In this document: positions 1 to 12,250 of the stretch, piece by piece
Layout of the letters: every line of letters starts with the position of its first letter
Position numbering within the stretch: the first letter of the stretch is position 1
Assembly: GCA_036172245.1 (NCBI GenBank)
Contig: JAYWIR010000029.1
Coordinates: forward strand, 2,480,001-2,544,000
From: Raillietiella orientalis
Taxonomy: Eukaryota
Length of the DNA stretch: 64,000 nt
Direction of reading: 5' to 3'
Notes under the pieces: model-generated
What the model was told of the DNA's origin: nothing
What the model saw: only the letters and a program-made list of their open reading frames with translations
The model's database searches: none
Position numbers and translations under genes: made by a program

Positions 1-49
1 CTTATGTTCAGGCTAACGCTACACGGGGAAATGAAGAATGTCCAGAATT

Positions 50-380
50 GACCAACTCCATGGTACGCGGTGGAGCGTTCCCCCCAGAGAGGGGTGGGTA
101 ACGACCCCCTTTTCGCGACCGGAGGGGAACGGTTCCTTGATTCCATGAAGGATTGCAAAGGGTCCACTTCCTATCCCTGTCACTTGACGAGGGCTTCTGG
201 CTCCACCAGTGCCTCATCTGAAGCCCACAGGCCAATCAGTATCATCTTGTGGGTAGGGAGAGGGAAACCCACAACGCACCCATTTCTCGGCGTCGACCCT
301 TCCCCGGGTGGGATTCGAACCCGCAACGCCTTGGTACCAGCGGGAAGAACGCAGCAGCCACGCCGCCGTCAACGCATGCA
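50..380 (-). mobile_element. tRNA-headed SINE-like family, 5' portion
   Basis: Minus strand has B-box GGTTCGAATCCCACCCGGGG (302-321) and aligns by eye with 45510-45720. Confidence 0.7.
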
Positions 381-1991
381 AACCGCATCGCCGTTCTCCC
401 AGTGATAGAATTCACTAGTGCAGGCCCAAAAGAGCAACTCTACTGACAGGTCCTGCCAAAAAGAGAAGGGCTACTGATATGGGTCGCAACGAAAGGGTTC
501 GATGCAAGCAGACAGCAGGCAGGAAGTACCCCGGGAAGCGAAAACCCGCCCGATCCGTGGGGCTTGCCAATCATCAGGAGCCAGGAAGTCAGGAGTGATT
601 CTGGTCTGCCCCACGGGCAGAAAACTGCGCGCTGTACCATGAAAAGAGTGTAGGTCGCCTAGTTCGGCGAACCACCACTGTGGATCCACAGAAACACTCT
701 GCACTTCAAGGCATGAGATTGCTCTCAGGACTTCTTGTGTAAAAGATCATTCGTCAGATAAAGGGACGTTTGTTGGGAAAGAATGAAAGATGCTAAGAAC
801 GTTCGAACTGTTCTGTGAGGATCCTCTCAATGGAAAAAAAAAATTTGCGGCCGTGCCTATCCTCTATTGATGACGAGAAGTTATCGAATTAGTTTTCTAG
901 CCAGTGAGTCCCCAGTCGGAATAGTCATGCATCTGAATACTTCCCAGAAACGAGTCATGAAACAGAGACTCAGAGGAATAAATGATTCCAGAATCAGGTT
1001 TCAGGAAGGGCGATGCAAGGAGCAGCTGCAGAGCGAGTGCTGGACACCATTTGCGGGGCACAAACTCTCTTGAATAAATCCGATACCCTGTCCCGGAATC
1101 GTATCCTGCAAAGGGCCATAGCAACCGAATGTCCGTCCTCTTTGATTCCAGCTTCTCTCAAGCCAAAGAGAGACTCTCGGACGAAATCTGTTCCATCTTT
1201 CGAAGGAAGGCAGCAGGTGAAAGTAAAGGGCAAGGTAACAGTAGCCAGATTCTGATACTCCAGAAAAGCATCGTGCCTCTCACACAAAGCCAATTGAAAG
1301 AGGTGATTTGACATGGCTTCCAGCCGGAATCGACGGATTCTCTAAAAGGGGAAACGAACGCAACAGCCATAAGGAGGAAAACCTCCAAGGAAGGAAAATT
1401 TGTCGTCAGCCAGTTGCCCCAGGCTGTGCTTTTGAGAAGAGCTTGAAAAGTATCTTTTGCAATCAGTTGGCTTCAGATGTGCTGCCCTGGGTTTTCCACA
1501 GTCCTTTTTCTTTGATGCTGATCACGCTCTCGACACTTCAGAAACAGAGGCATTTCTCCAGACGTCTCAACCCAAGATTTCGAATAGTGATGCTGAAGCA
1601 GGGGAATCTCTTGTTAATGTCTGGAAAGCCAAACAAAGAATTGGAAATGGTTTCTGTCTTCAGGAGATGAAGCCTGCAAAGATGCGTTTCTTCGATTCCT
1701 TTTTATCTTCGAATAGTTGATTCTGCCTCAGCCTGGTTTGTTTTATAGCTCTTCTCATGTTTAACTCTGTGAAATCCAGAACTCAGGAAGACCGTGCGTG
1801 CGTTGTATACCCTTTCCCACTACAGCCAGCTGTAAAATTCGAATCACCCTGAAGAGGGAACAAACTATTCTTTGAGCAAATAGGAAAGGCTGTTCACTGC
1901 AAATCCGCGTGCGTACAAACTCACGATGGAACGATAAAAACTGACATTTTGATTTTTTAACGGATCACCATGGAATTCCGAATCGGATTAC

Positions 1992-2183
1992 CTGTGTCTG
2001 CGGGGTCTGCAGGGAAACTGCGTACAGAATTCCTCTCCCTCATCGAAGAATTGCATTCTTGTTTCGAAGCACGTTTATTAGATTTGCATACTCGGCAGAG
2101 GAAACATAGTAATCCGACAGCTACAGCAGCAGCTGCGCAGACTCCAACCAATGTAGGCACGTCGGCATTCAGAAAACCATCTA
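1992..2183 (-). CDS. Exon 4, transmembrane helix and start of cytoplasmic tail
   Basis: Polypyrimidine tract plus cag(tag) acceptor, donor GTAATC, 192 nt, phase 1-1: VDGFLNADVPTLVGVCAAAAVAVGLLCFLCRVCKSNKR..., a hydrophobic helix followed by a basic stop-transfer. It could instead read through to the stop at 1957. Confidence 0.8.
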
Positions 2184-4339
2184 CTGAGAAAGGGGGAGAG
2201 AAATATAGTCGTGGAATGCACACATGGCAACAAAACAACATTTCAGTATTTCAATTTCAGGCTCCTGCAAGCAGGAAGGGCAAAAGATTTGCACTTTTCA
2301 CAGATACAAAGGAAGGAGTCATTGTGGTTCCTGCTGGTCATTCAAGGAGACCCCCATTTCCTGGTCACCTTGTCGAAAATGATGGAATTGAAACGAATTT
2401 TGTTCCAGAACTAGACGTTTCGTTTCTGCACAGGGTGTGTGCTCTTTCAAACATCTGGCTCTTCACTGGCACGACCGGTGTATGAAAAAAAAATTTTTCG
2501 TTTCAGTGGCTCTTCCCGTGGTGGTACAGATTAACTGAGGGGGTCAAGAGGATCATGGAAGAGTTCATGTAAACTCTGTGAGATGGACACTCGAAGACGC
2601 CGAGCATTGTTTATTCACTCACTTCTCCGAACCATAGCAACCGCCTGCCTTGCCCCTGGACGATGCTGAAAAGTGAGGGGCAACCATGCACAGCGTCCGA
2701 GAACGGAAACCGTAACCGGGTTCTCTTCTCAGTAAGAGAGGCATGCAGCTGCTCCCATTGCTTCGAACGAATCTCTCGAGGATGAATTTAGAGACGACCA
2801 CTGTTGCCATCTTTAATTTTTGCAACCGACTGGTGAAACAGATGAGAATGAATGAAACCACAAAAACTTCATCGCTTCTATTATTTGTGATTTGCTACGG
2901 TTCTTCTAGGAGGCAACAGGTAACCTAACTCCTATTTAGGCAATGATTTGCTCTTTATGGTCCCGTTTCGAGATGCTTTCTCCAGGAACTTCCACGAGCA
3001 CGGTCATTTCGACATCTCTACGTGCACCGTGGAGTCGCAACAAGAGGAAACTTCCCTGACGAACAGCACCAGAATGAGTTGCAACCGAAGAGGAAAGCAA
3101 GCTTTGCTCGGCAGAGCCTGCAAGAGTTCCACCGCGTTCTGTGAGTGCGCTCTTCGTGTAGGTGAGCAAGGTTACGGAGACGAACTCGAAGCCTACACTT
3201 AAGGCATTCCTCAAAAGCCGGACGCATCCTTGTGGAACACGAACGGAAGCTGTATTCGTGTACCGATGACAACATCCAGACCTCGTTCCTCTGTACGTCC
3301 GGAACATGTCCTCCCCCCACACACACACGGGAACTCTGCACAGTATCCTATGCAATGGGAAATCTGCGTTCATTGAAGACACCTCTCATCGCTGGAGCTA
3401 CGGAGAGCTGAAATGGCGTGAGGCAGACGAATGCATCAATGTGCTGTGAAGAGTTGAACGAAATTTGGAAAATGTCTTCTTGTAGAAAGTGTCTTCTTGT
3501 AGGATTAGGTGATGGCGCCTCGTTTTCTTCGTCACCTAACCTGACGTGATTTTCACCCACACCTACAAGATGACTCTTTCAAATTGTTAGGTTTGTGAGA
3601 TATCCGATTCCCTTTCAAGGAGAGGGGCAAAATAAAGACACTGCTGCATAGAGGAGGAATATTCTCTTAGCATGAGAAGAATTTGCTAAATTGGGAGAGA
3701 GAACCATCCGAAAGAGTGAGACTATAAGTGAGACCATGAGATTTCAGAAAAATGGAAGCTCTCGAAAAAGAATCTCAGGTCCTGGATTTCGTTCGTCCAT
3801 TTTTTTGAACACCCGCCGCTAGTGACCCCAGATGGTTCCGGAAGAGTGGAGAAATGCTCAGAAGAGAACGCTTCCAAGATTCAACACTGTCTAGAAGGAA
3901 TCATTCTCATGCTCTTTTGCACTCTAAAGGATGCGCCCGGCTCACCTCTGCACGTGCCAAACAAGGTGAATTGGCTGTCTGATGAATTTGATCACCTGTA
4001 ACAAAAGGGTGAACCAGCAAAATGAGAAGAGCGAAACTTCTGTGAGAAATCCGGAATGTGTTTTGTAAACTGGAGTTTCAAAGTATGAAACAAGGAATAA
4101 CAAGATCACTCGAGAAAGCAAATCTTCGCTCAGCCTGAGCCTCTACGCAGAGATGCACACAGAACACGCACCTGCTGCAAGAGAGAGGCAAAGAGTGCCA
4201 TTGTAAAATAAATATTAAGAATTTTCTTTCTTTCTTTCAGCAGGAGGAGTTGTAAAAGAATCAGAAAACGTTGATCATTTTGAAGGCACACCTGAATATA
4301 TGGCAGAAATGTGTACGCTACTGAGGTATCACGAAGGTT

Positions 4340-5431
4340 CCTATGGGGATCTCATACAGGAGAACTACACAATCCAGAAACGACATAGAGAGTCTTTGGA
4401 CAGAATTGAGGCTCCTAAGGAAGGAGGGCCCCTATAAGCGCAAAAGCGCACTGGAATTTCCAAGATGGAGAACCGAGTATAACAGTCGACGGCGTCATCT
4501 TCACCAGCAGCACAAGATAATATTCATGTATTAAATAGATGCAAGAAAAAAACACGTTCTTCTGACCATGGCACACCACGAAGCGATTCAAGAAATAATC
4601 AGGAAGGCCGCAGTGGATGAAGCAAAGTGGAGTCTTGTGTCAAGAAACCAGAGAGTGCCAGGAACAACTTCCACTCGGAAACCGGATCGGGTCATGCAAA
4701 AAGGAAACCGGATGTGTGTGCTAGACGTCTGCTTCCCATAAGAAAATGGAAAGGAGGCGTTTAGCACAGCCAGGAAGAACAAGGGAGGAAAATACAAGGA
4801 CGTAGCAATGCAACTGGGAAAAGGTGGAAAGTTAAGCAAAGTACATGCGTTCATCGTCGGCTCTCTAGGAGCATGGGATCCTGGTGATGAAGAAGTATTA
4901 CAACCTATAGGAATACCAGCAAAGAAGCTGGTGGAACTGAAGCACCGGATGCTGACTGCGTGTGTCCGGTACTCAAGTGATATATATGCAGCCCACGTCA
5001 AAAGGAAAACCGATAGCCAGCCGGAGAATCCAGACAATCTTCTCCCACCGGAAGAAAGCGAGCAAGTGGAGGAAACACCGCAAAAGGTGGGACGAAGGGT
5101 GATCCAAAGAAACAAAATAAAAACTGATGAAAGATAGTCCAGAGCTCCCTGCAACAAGCTGTGTAATTGCACACATCAAAAACAACAAAGTTCCTATGCA
5201 CCAAAAGGCATTCCAGGTCTGGATATGCATTTGCAAAGTCGTCATCTGCCAAACAAATGACTTGTGTCCACTGGGAAACTGGCATTCCTCCAGAATGAAC
5301 GAAGATTACGCAGGAGATGTTAAGAAAACGCGTAGAAATAAAGATTCGTGATCGAAAATTTCATTATTTAAGCATGTAAACATTATAAGACTGTGTAAAA
5401 AATTTCATCTTTTGAAACAAAAAAAAAAAAA
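4340..5431 (+). mobile_element. 5'-truncated RLE-type non-LTR retrotransposon (NeSL/Utopia-like), inactivated
   Basis: DIESLWTELR; HVLNRC..HHEAIQ (zinc knuckle/RH remnant); KPD..LDVCFP*ENG..KY..IVGSLGAWDP restriction-like endonuclease motif; in-frame TAA at 4739; A13 tract at 5419-5431. Confidence 0.8.
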
Positions 5432-5716
5432 GGTAAATAAGCGGAGAGATGATATCACGAGGTGACCTTCATTTGTGGCTTCCTCAAGACCTTCGCTGCG
5501 GAGTCTGCCTAGTTCATTCCCACGCGTTTGCTACCGGAAGAACAGCAAACATACGCTCTATTTGCGAGCTCTGGACCTTGTCCTGCCGAAGTCATTAGCA
5601 AACCTACCGCCAATTTGCAAGAGTGTTCGCACTGAAGACCTTGTGAGGAGCACATTTGTTTTTCCTTTTTTTGGGGGAGGCTGGAAAAATTCGAATAGTG
5701 GATGATGGTAGAATAC

Positions 5717-5988
5717 AATCCCAAAAGATCGTCGAAAATAAACACGTGTGTTTATTATACATAGGTTAGCATGCAAATTTATTTTAACACACATAGTTAT
5801 TCATATTTATTAACATTCATGTTATTAACGGTAATATTATTGGAACAGATAAATTTATTAACGTGGAGAGACATACACTTTATGACTAAAATGGATAAGT
5901 TGTTGATTATACTGTTGATGTGTGTATATGGAAGATTATAAAAAATGGCTATATATGCTTGTTATACAATTCAATATTTACAGATAAA

Positions 5989-5990
<2 letters not shown>
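5717..5990 (+). repeat. AT-rich interspersed repeat, copy 1
   Basis: Shared blocks (aagatc.tc.aaa..aaacacgtgtg.ttatt.tac; tattcatattt; ataagttgttgattatact.ttgatg) with the copies at 6040-6320 (inverted), 18415 and 47991. Confidence 0.85.

Positions 5991-5995
<5 letters not shown>

Positions 5996-6027
<32 letters not shown>
5996..6027. repeat. (TA)16 microsatellite
   Basis: Read directly from sequence. Confidence 0.95.
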
Positions 6028-6029
<2 letters not shown>

Positions 6030-6039
6030 TATAAATACG

Positions 6040-6320
6040 TGTATAAATAGATGTATACATATTAATACTTAAAATAGGCATACATATTTATTTTTCATAA
6101 TTTTTAATATATACACATCAACAGTATAATCAACAGCTTATTCATTTTATTAGTAAATGTATGTCACTGGATCTTCATAAAGATATCTCTTCCAATAGCA
6201 TTACTGTTAGCAACATACATGTTAATAAATATGAATAGCTATGCATATCAAAATAAATCTGTACATTACTCTATGTAGAATAAGCACACGTCTTTCTTTT
6301 GATGATCTTTCGGGATTTCG
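6040..6320 (-). repeat. AT-rich interspersed repeat, copy 2 (tail-to-tail with copy 1)
   Basis: Reverse complement aligns with 5717-5960 along its length. Confidence 0.85.
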
Positions 6321-9187
6321 AGCCGTACCCGAAGACAAGAATCGTAGTGGACAGCTTCCGCTGGCTGTAGGGTGAGAATGGAAAAGGCAAGGGGGTGAAC
6401 CGCGAAGTGAGCACTGCAGTGCATGAGATGACTGCCAATCTTGAGATGGAGTGCACAGCCTCTTTCTTTAGCCGGAAGGTGTCCGCCAGTGGATTCTGCC
6501 AAGAGACTCTGGAGCAGAAACACAGGCGAGCTCGGACAAGCCTCGCAGGAACGTGATGGAAGAGGCGCTCCCAATTAGGGAATTACCTGGGAAGCGAAAC
6601 GTGGACCATTTTTCCTTTTCCGAAGCCAAAGCGCGATCATCGGAACAGCGCGGTTTAGTTCTCTGCTTCCGCAAAGATTTGCAGCTCCCTGACAAAAAGG
6701 GAGAGATTTAGGAAGCCGTTTTTCTTCACTTGACCACTGAATCGCCTTCTGAACCTTCTTAAGGTGATGCACCTATCCAGAAGTGGATCTCGTGCAACGT
6801 CATTGGCTTCAGTTCTTGACTGCTTAGCAGCTTCCCTACCTTGCGCTCGTTTACAGCTTGCAAATTGCCCCAAATGTGCGCAGGTGGATTGGAACCACGA
6901 GCTGGTGCGCGACCTTTCCACCTGCAGCGCTTCCGCTGGATTGGCCGTCGAAGTGCCAAACTGTGGCGGTGAGTTCCTGCGCGCGCCGACGAGGGAAGTT
7001 ACCGTGGTGGTTGCACGGATAGTGCAGGATTCCACAGGGAACCACCGTCTTGCTCCTTCATTTGCAAAATTATTTTGACCACCTTCAGCGTTGCGCAAAG
7101 GGGGGCGGCGGAGATGCCTCCATGCACCGGTCATGGTGGAAGAGGTGTCACTGCGTGAAGAATGGCGTCCGAGGGCATCTCTCCTCTTCACTGCTTTACG
7201 TGACCAAGGCTTCGAAAGTGCGTCTGATGCTCCCGAGACTGTTGTGATTTCGCCCTTGGAAGGGCCGTCAGCAATCACTGAAAGGCTTATATTTTGGGGC
7301 GATGGTTGCGGATTTCCGTTCTGTCGGAGCGAGCACTACCCTTTTTGAAGCATATGATGACACAGGTCAGCTAAAATTCTCGTGTCAGAAAAGCTGGCCG
7401 CCATCGTCGCGTGGACGAAGCTGTCACGTGTTCACACTTCCCTTTCATTGCTGCATTGGAGAGGGAACTCTTGTCGCTTCTCGAGGATAGTGGTTTTGGG
7501 AATCTCCCAATCCGGCACGTATGCGCAGGTTCGATCTGCAGCATGCGTCAAGGTTTTCTTCTTTGATAGCATGGGATCACTGTCTCTGCCGAGCTTGAGG
7601 GAGAGATCAGATTAACCAGTGCTGGAGAGACTCCAGACGGCGGCCCTGCTAAGAGACCGTTGCTGCGAGGAACCGAATCTCGGTGTCTTTTCTGCAGCAA
7701 CTTCATCTCTCCCGACTCGGGCGCCTCTACTCCTGTCTTCTGCGATCCTTCAGAAGCAAAACTTCATTTCCTTTCAGCACTGATCTCCCTCTTCCAGGAT
7801 GCTGATCGCGTAAAAATCTGAGAACTGTTCCCTACGGGATTCCTCTCTGGCAAAGAAAGCGATTTGACGACGCAGTACCGAGGTAACCCGGAAGAAAACT
7901 CGCGAGATGTCCCGTCCCTGGAAGACTGACCATTCCAGATGCCGCTGCTTCGTAAAATAATGTGGCTCTCGAAACCAAAACCAATTCCTGAAGCCGTGGC
8001 AACACTGATTGCACGCACGTATTCTTCTGGAGGGGTTCTACTGTTCATGCTGTGTGAAAGTACGTGCACATATTTACGCCTCCTTGTGCGTTTCTGCATA
8101 TGTGAGTAACGGGGGAAACCCGCATGGGGAATTCCATCCTTCTGTCAGGTGAGCACATTCCCGCATCATCGGTGGGCATATTTGTGTCCACTATTGATCC
8201 TCACGAACGTGACTCCGGGGATACGGGCGGTTCTCCAGGCGGATGGAAAAAACAGGCTCGGGGATTGGAAGCTCGCAGAAAGGTCGGCGAGGAGGAACGA
8301 GGGAAAACGAGATGGGAAACCCGGCGCGGTGAAGACAGAATGCTACCTTCTCCATACGACAGTGCTTTTAGATGCCGGTGCTCCCAGGAACCGGATGAAA
8401 AGACGTTCACGTTCTACAGAGCCCTAGGACGGCGACATCTCCATCATAAAAAAAACATGAGACATCATGAAAGACATCGTCTCCTCATAGAAAGCGGAAA
8501 TAATGAAGCGCCAGGCAACAGTATGTCTGAGGAGAAGAAACGATCAATCTGCGTCAGGAAAGTGCTCAGTAGTCACCCTGAGAGGGTGAAGAAATTCGGA
8601 TCTCCTGGCTAGAGAGCCGAAGGTCCTGCGCTGACCGGGAAGAGGAAAAAGGAAGGGTTGACAGGAGACGAAATCTTGCTATCTGCCGTCGGTGCAGGTG
8701 GCAAGTTTCAAAGAGATCCAGGGGTCAGCCCTAGGCGAGGAAGGAAGGGCATCCGAAGGTGGAGTCGAGACCGAGATCAGAGAAAGGAACTAGAGAGATT
8801 AGAGTGGCTTCTTCTCTAAGCCCGAATGCCCTAAGGACGTCCGAGAAAAAGAGCTCTCTGAGGCCCGCTTCTTGCCTGGAGAAAGGAAAACGGGCCTCCA
8901 GGGTTCAAAAGGAGTGCCAGTCCTCCCCCTCATCCTAGGTGGGAGATAGCAGAACAGACCGCCTCCACAGAGAAGGGGCACGAGCCTGAATGGTCACGCC
9001 CTGCCCCCGAGCCGGCGCAGGGCGTGGCTCGGCGGCGCTTCGGACCGCGAACGGAAATGACCGACGCGGGGTCTTGGGGTGCGTCGTCGGGAACGGCTCC
9101 CGGGGGGAGCCGTTCCCGACGAGCGGAGCGAGAGCGACGAGGGGAGCGACAGCGACAGAGGCAAAAGACGGTGCGGGTTTTTTTTAC

Positions 9188-9349
9188 CGGTCAGGCAGAC
9201 CAGCCATCTCGTGTTCTCGGAGGCTGCGGAGTAGTAGCCGGGCTTGCACTGGCACGTGTTCGACCCCGAACCAGTTTGCACGCAGTGGGAATTGACGTCG
9301 TAGGACATGCAGGATTCCGTGTACAGGCACTTCTCACCCAGGCGCTGGG
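9188..9349 (-). CDS. Exon 3, EB-like Cys-rich module 2
   Basis: Acceptor tttcag, donor GTAAAA, 162 nt, phase 1-1: (P)QRLGEKCLYTESCMSYDVNSHCVQTGSGSNTCQCKPGYYSAASENTRWLVCLT; joins exon 2 in frame as CAKPQRLGEKC. Confidence 0.85.
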
Positions 9350-11199
9350 CTGAAATTCAGGAAAACACCGTCAGCAGGAACGGAAGGACCGCGAAGGACG
9401 ACGTGCTGAGGTCCAGGTGTCGCCTTTTCTCCCTTCTTCCCCTTCCCCTTCCTTCGCTGCCCCGAACTTTCGATTCCTTGGAATCGCTCCTCGAAGAAGA
9501 AAGAGGGACGGCTCCCGTTCACTTCCTCCGAAGAGACCGTTTCATTCCCCTTTCCCTCGAGTACCCCTCGCGAGTACCTCCCAGGGATACTCGTGGACCC
9601 AGGGATCTTGCTCCTGGACCTCTTTCCCCCTACCTCGTCCCCCTCGTCCCGGTTTCGACGGCACAGACTTTTGCCGTTATCCAGGCTCTCGGATGGCATC
9701 ACGAGATCTCCGCTTGGAAAACCCGCCTTCCCCCCCGTTTTGTGCACCTTAGACAAAAAATTCTAACCAGCTACGCGAATGGGGGAAAGAGGATGAGGAG
9801 AAGAGAGTATGAAAAGGAGACTGAGGGGAAATGTCAGGGGGCATCCGCGAAATCCGAGGTCTCTTCCGAGGTCAGAGAAAGTCAGGTCTCTCAGTGAAGC
9901 AGCAGCATCATTCCAGACCAGAAACGGTTCTCCGCCTCCTCCTCGAGGCTTCTTCGGACGGGAAGATCCACAGAGACGTTCCCTATGGCGCTCCCGATCC
10001 CGGAAACTCGCCAAGTCGCAGGATGCCCATCTCGTGAGAAGGATCCCGTGCCCGAAGTTCTCGAGGAGGCTGGCGCTGAGAGGAGGCTCAGAGATGAAGA
10101 ATCCTTCCCTGGGAGGTTCTCAGCATCCCGGAAGCATCTCGTCCACATATTCAGGAAGCAGCAGCGCCTCAGGGGTTCTTTCTGACTCTTCTTGCTCTCC
10201 AGGAAGGAGGAGGACCTCCCTTCTTGCTGCTCCTCCTCAAGGGAGGAAGTAGGAGGAGAAAAAAGGAATGCGTTCCGGAGGGACGCGCCACCGGCACACT
10301 TCCAAGGCGTTCCACTCCCCAGAGAGCAGTCAGTCTTCCATATGATTGGGCAGCGGCAGAACTCCGAAGGGAGCCACATCTAGGAAGGGTCTGATGTGGA
10401 GGAGGGGGAGGAGCGAACGTCCTGGCGAATCCAGAGGCTTGGATGGCCCAAAGATTGCACCCGGCTCCCCTGTCCCGCTTGCCTCCGGACGCAACCCGCA
10501 GAAAAGAGGTCGAGGAAGAGGGAAAGACGAGGGGAAAAAATTCAGCATGCAGGAGGCAGCGGGCGGAAGCCAGGAAACTGAGCTGGAAGAGGATGACCAT
10601 TACAGGGAGGAGGGAAGAGGGCAGCTGAACGAGATGGGATATGGCACATGAGGTCCATCAGAAGGCTTCCGGAGGGAGAGTCCGAGTTTGGGCGCAGCCG
10701 CGAGGAGGCGCCGAGTAGGGAGCTGCGAAGGCGTGCGCTGGGGGACCTGGCCGAGTTGAAGAATAACACGAGTCGACCGCTTTCGACCCCGAGGGGTATT
10801 GGGGTCCCCGGAGCAGCCAGCCGCCAGCTCTTCCGGAGACATGAGCTCGGGTGCAGAGACTCTTCCGGGGAAGACGGCTGGCAGTCCTTCAGAGCACGTC
10901 GGTCACCCGGGAGACCGGAGCTGACCAGCACCACTGGACTCCACTCGCACGCACGCGCTGACTTCCCGCGATGAGCTCCTTGTGCGCCGTTGGGTCGCTT
11001 CCCAAAGTACAAGGAAAAGCCCACCTTGCGGAAGAGAGGAGGGAAGAAGGTGGGAGAGAGAAGTTCTTGCCGGCTGCAAAGGGACGGGATGCTGGCGGCG
11101 GGGGTCTATTCGGGAGGAGCGAAGGAGAAAGCGTTGGCAGATGGAGTCTGGCGAAGACAAAGAGGACTCTCCCGGCAGAATAGAGGAAAGGTGTGACGG

Positions 11200-12250
11200 T
11201 GGTAGTCAAAGTCCGACTTCCTCCTCCCCTTGGATGGCCTTCTCGCAGAGGCGCTCGCGTGATAATCCAAAGAGGGAGGGATCACAGACCCTGGGGGAGC
11301 AACTCGATCCGGGTGCACTCTTGGATTCCAGGAAGCTCTTTCAGGATTGTGGAAGTCCCTGCAGTTCCTGCCTCTTCCTCGTAAAGCAAGGCAGAGCATT
11401 TTGGAAAGCGCCTCCCTGTAATTCCCGTTGGATCGCAAAGAAGCTTGCTCTAAGGATGCACGCCTTGGATGTGAGGCTCTACTCCGAGAATCACTCTGGC
11501 TGTTTCCAAGAGGGTGGATCAAATAGGTGATGGTTTCGAGGCTTCCGGACGCGTGTCCTGCTTCCTGAAATCCATTCCTGTAAATCCTTCTCCTTTTTTG
11601 GTTGTCGCGGCCAAGGACTTCTCCCCTAGCGCCGTTGCGGCCCCCTTACGGCAAATGCCCTCCGGTCAGCATCCCCGTTAGGCATTTTCGCCCTTCCTCC
11701 AGCATGGATCTATGGACCCGCTCGCAGTTGCTCTGCGCGACTCTCCCTTGGCTTTGGGAGAGCCCTCTTCTCTGGGGTCCCTTCTTCCCGTCCATCGGCT
11801 CAGAATGGTCGCCCAGGATTCAAACAGAGCCAGGTCTTCTTTTTCCACCTGGAGTCACATGGGCACCAGGGAGTCATCTAGTGCGCCTCTCCTTCCGATC
11901 CGCTGCGCTTCGTTTCCAGGGAGCACCTCTGAGCAGCTCAAAGGCGTTGGTGGTCGGAGATCCTGCAGTCCCCTCTTCCGGCTTCTCCCATGTCCAGAAG
12001 CTTTCAAGATTCGGAAACGTCCATCCTGCTTTGCACTCGGGACAGCATCCAGGCTCTTTTCCGAGATCCCCTGCTGCTTTTCTCTCGGGTCAGCCAGGAC
12101 TCAGACTCCAGTTGGAAGTTGGTCGGCATCTCTCGCTCACTCGCTCCAGAAATCAAGGCGGGAAACGGGGAAAAAACGGGGTTTTTGGCTTTTAATGGAA
12201 AGCAGATTCCGGCATCGTTGTCTCGACTCCTGCCGGTTCTGTCCGGAGCT
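11200..12250 (-). mobile_element. Possible highly decayed LINE RT remnant
   Basis: Weak motifs in the expected order on the minus strand (TNAFELLRGAP resembling F..GVPQG; ILGV resembling YLGV). Confidence 0.25.

Noticed and set aside
300..380. tRNA gene suggested by GGTTCGAATCC boxes (also 14123, 45541)
   Set aside because: No complete cloverleaf, and each continues into the same long repeat body, so these are SINE heads
5432..5475. U1 snRNA-like string (ggagagatgatatcacgaggtg) after the RLE poly(A)
   Set aside because: Short gapped similarity only; no ATACTTACCTG and no Sm site
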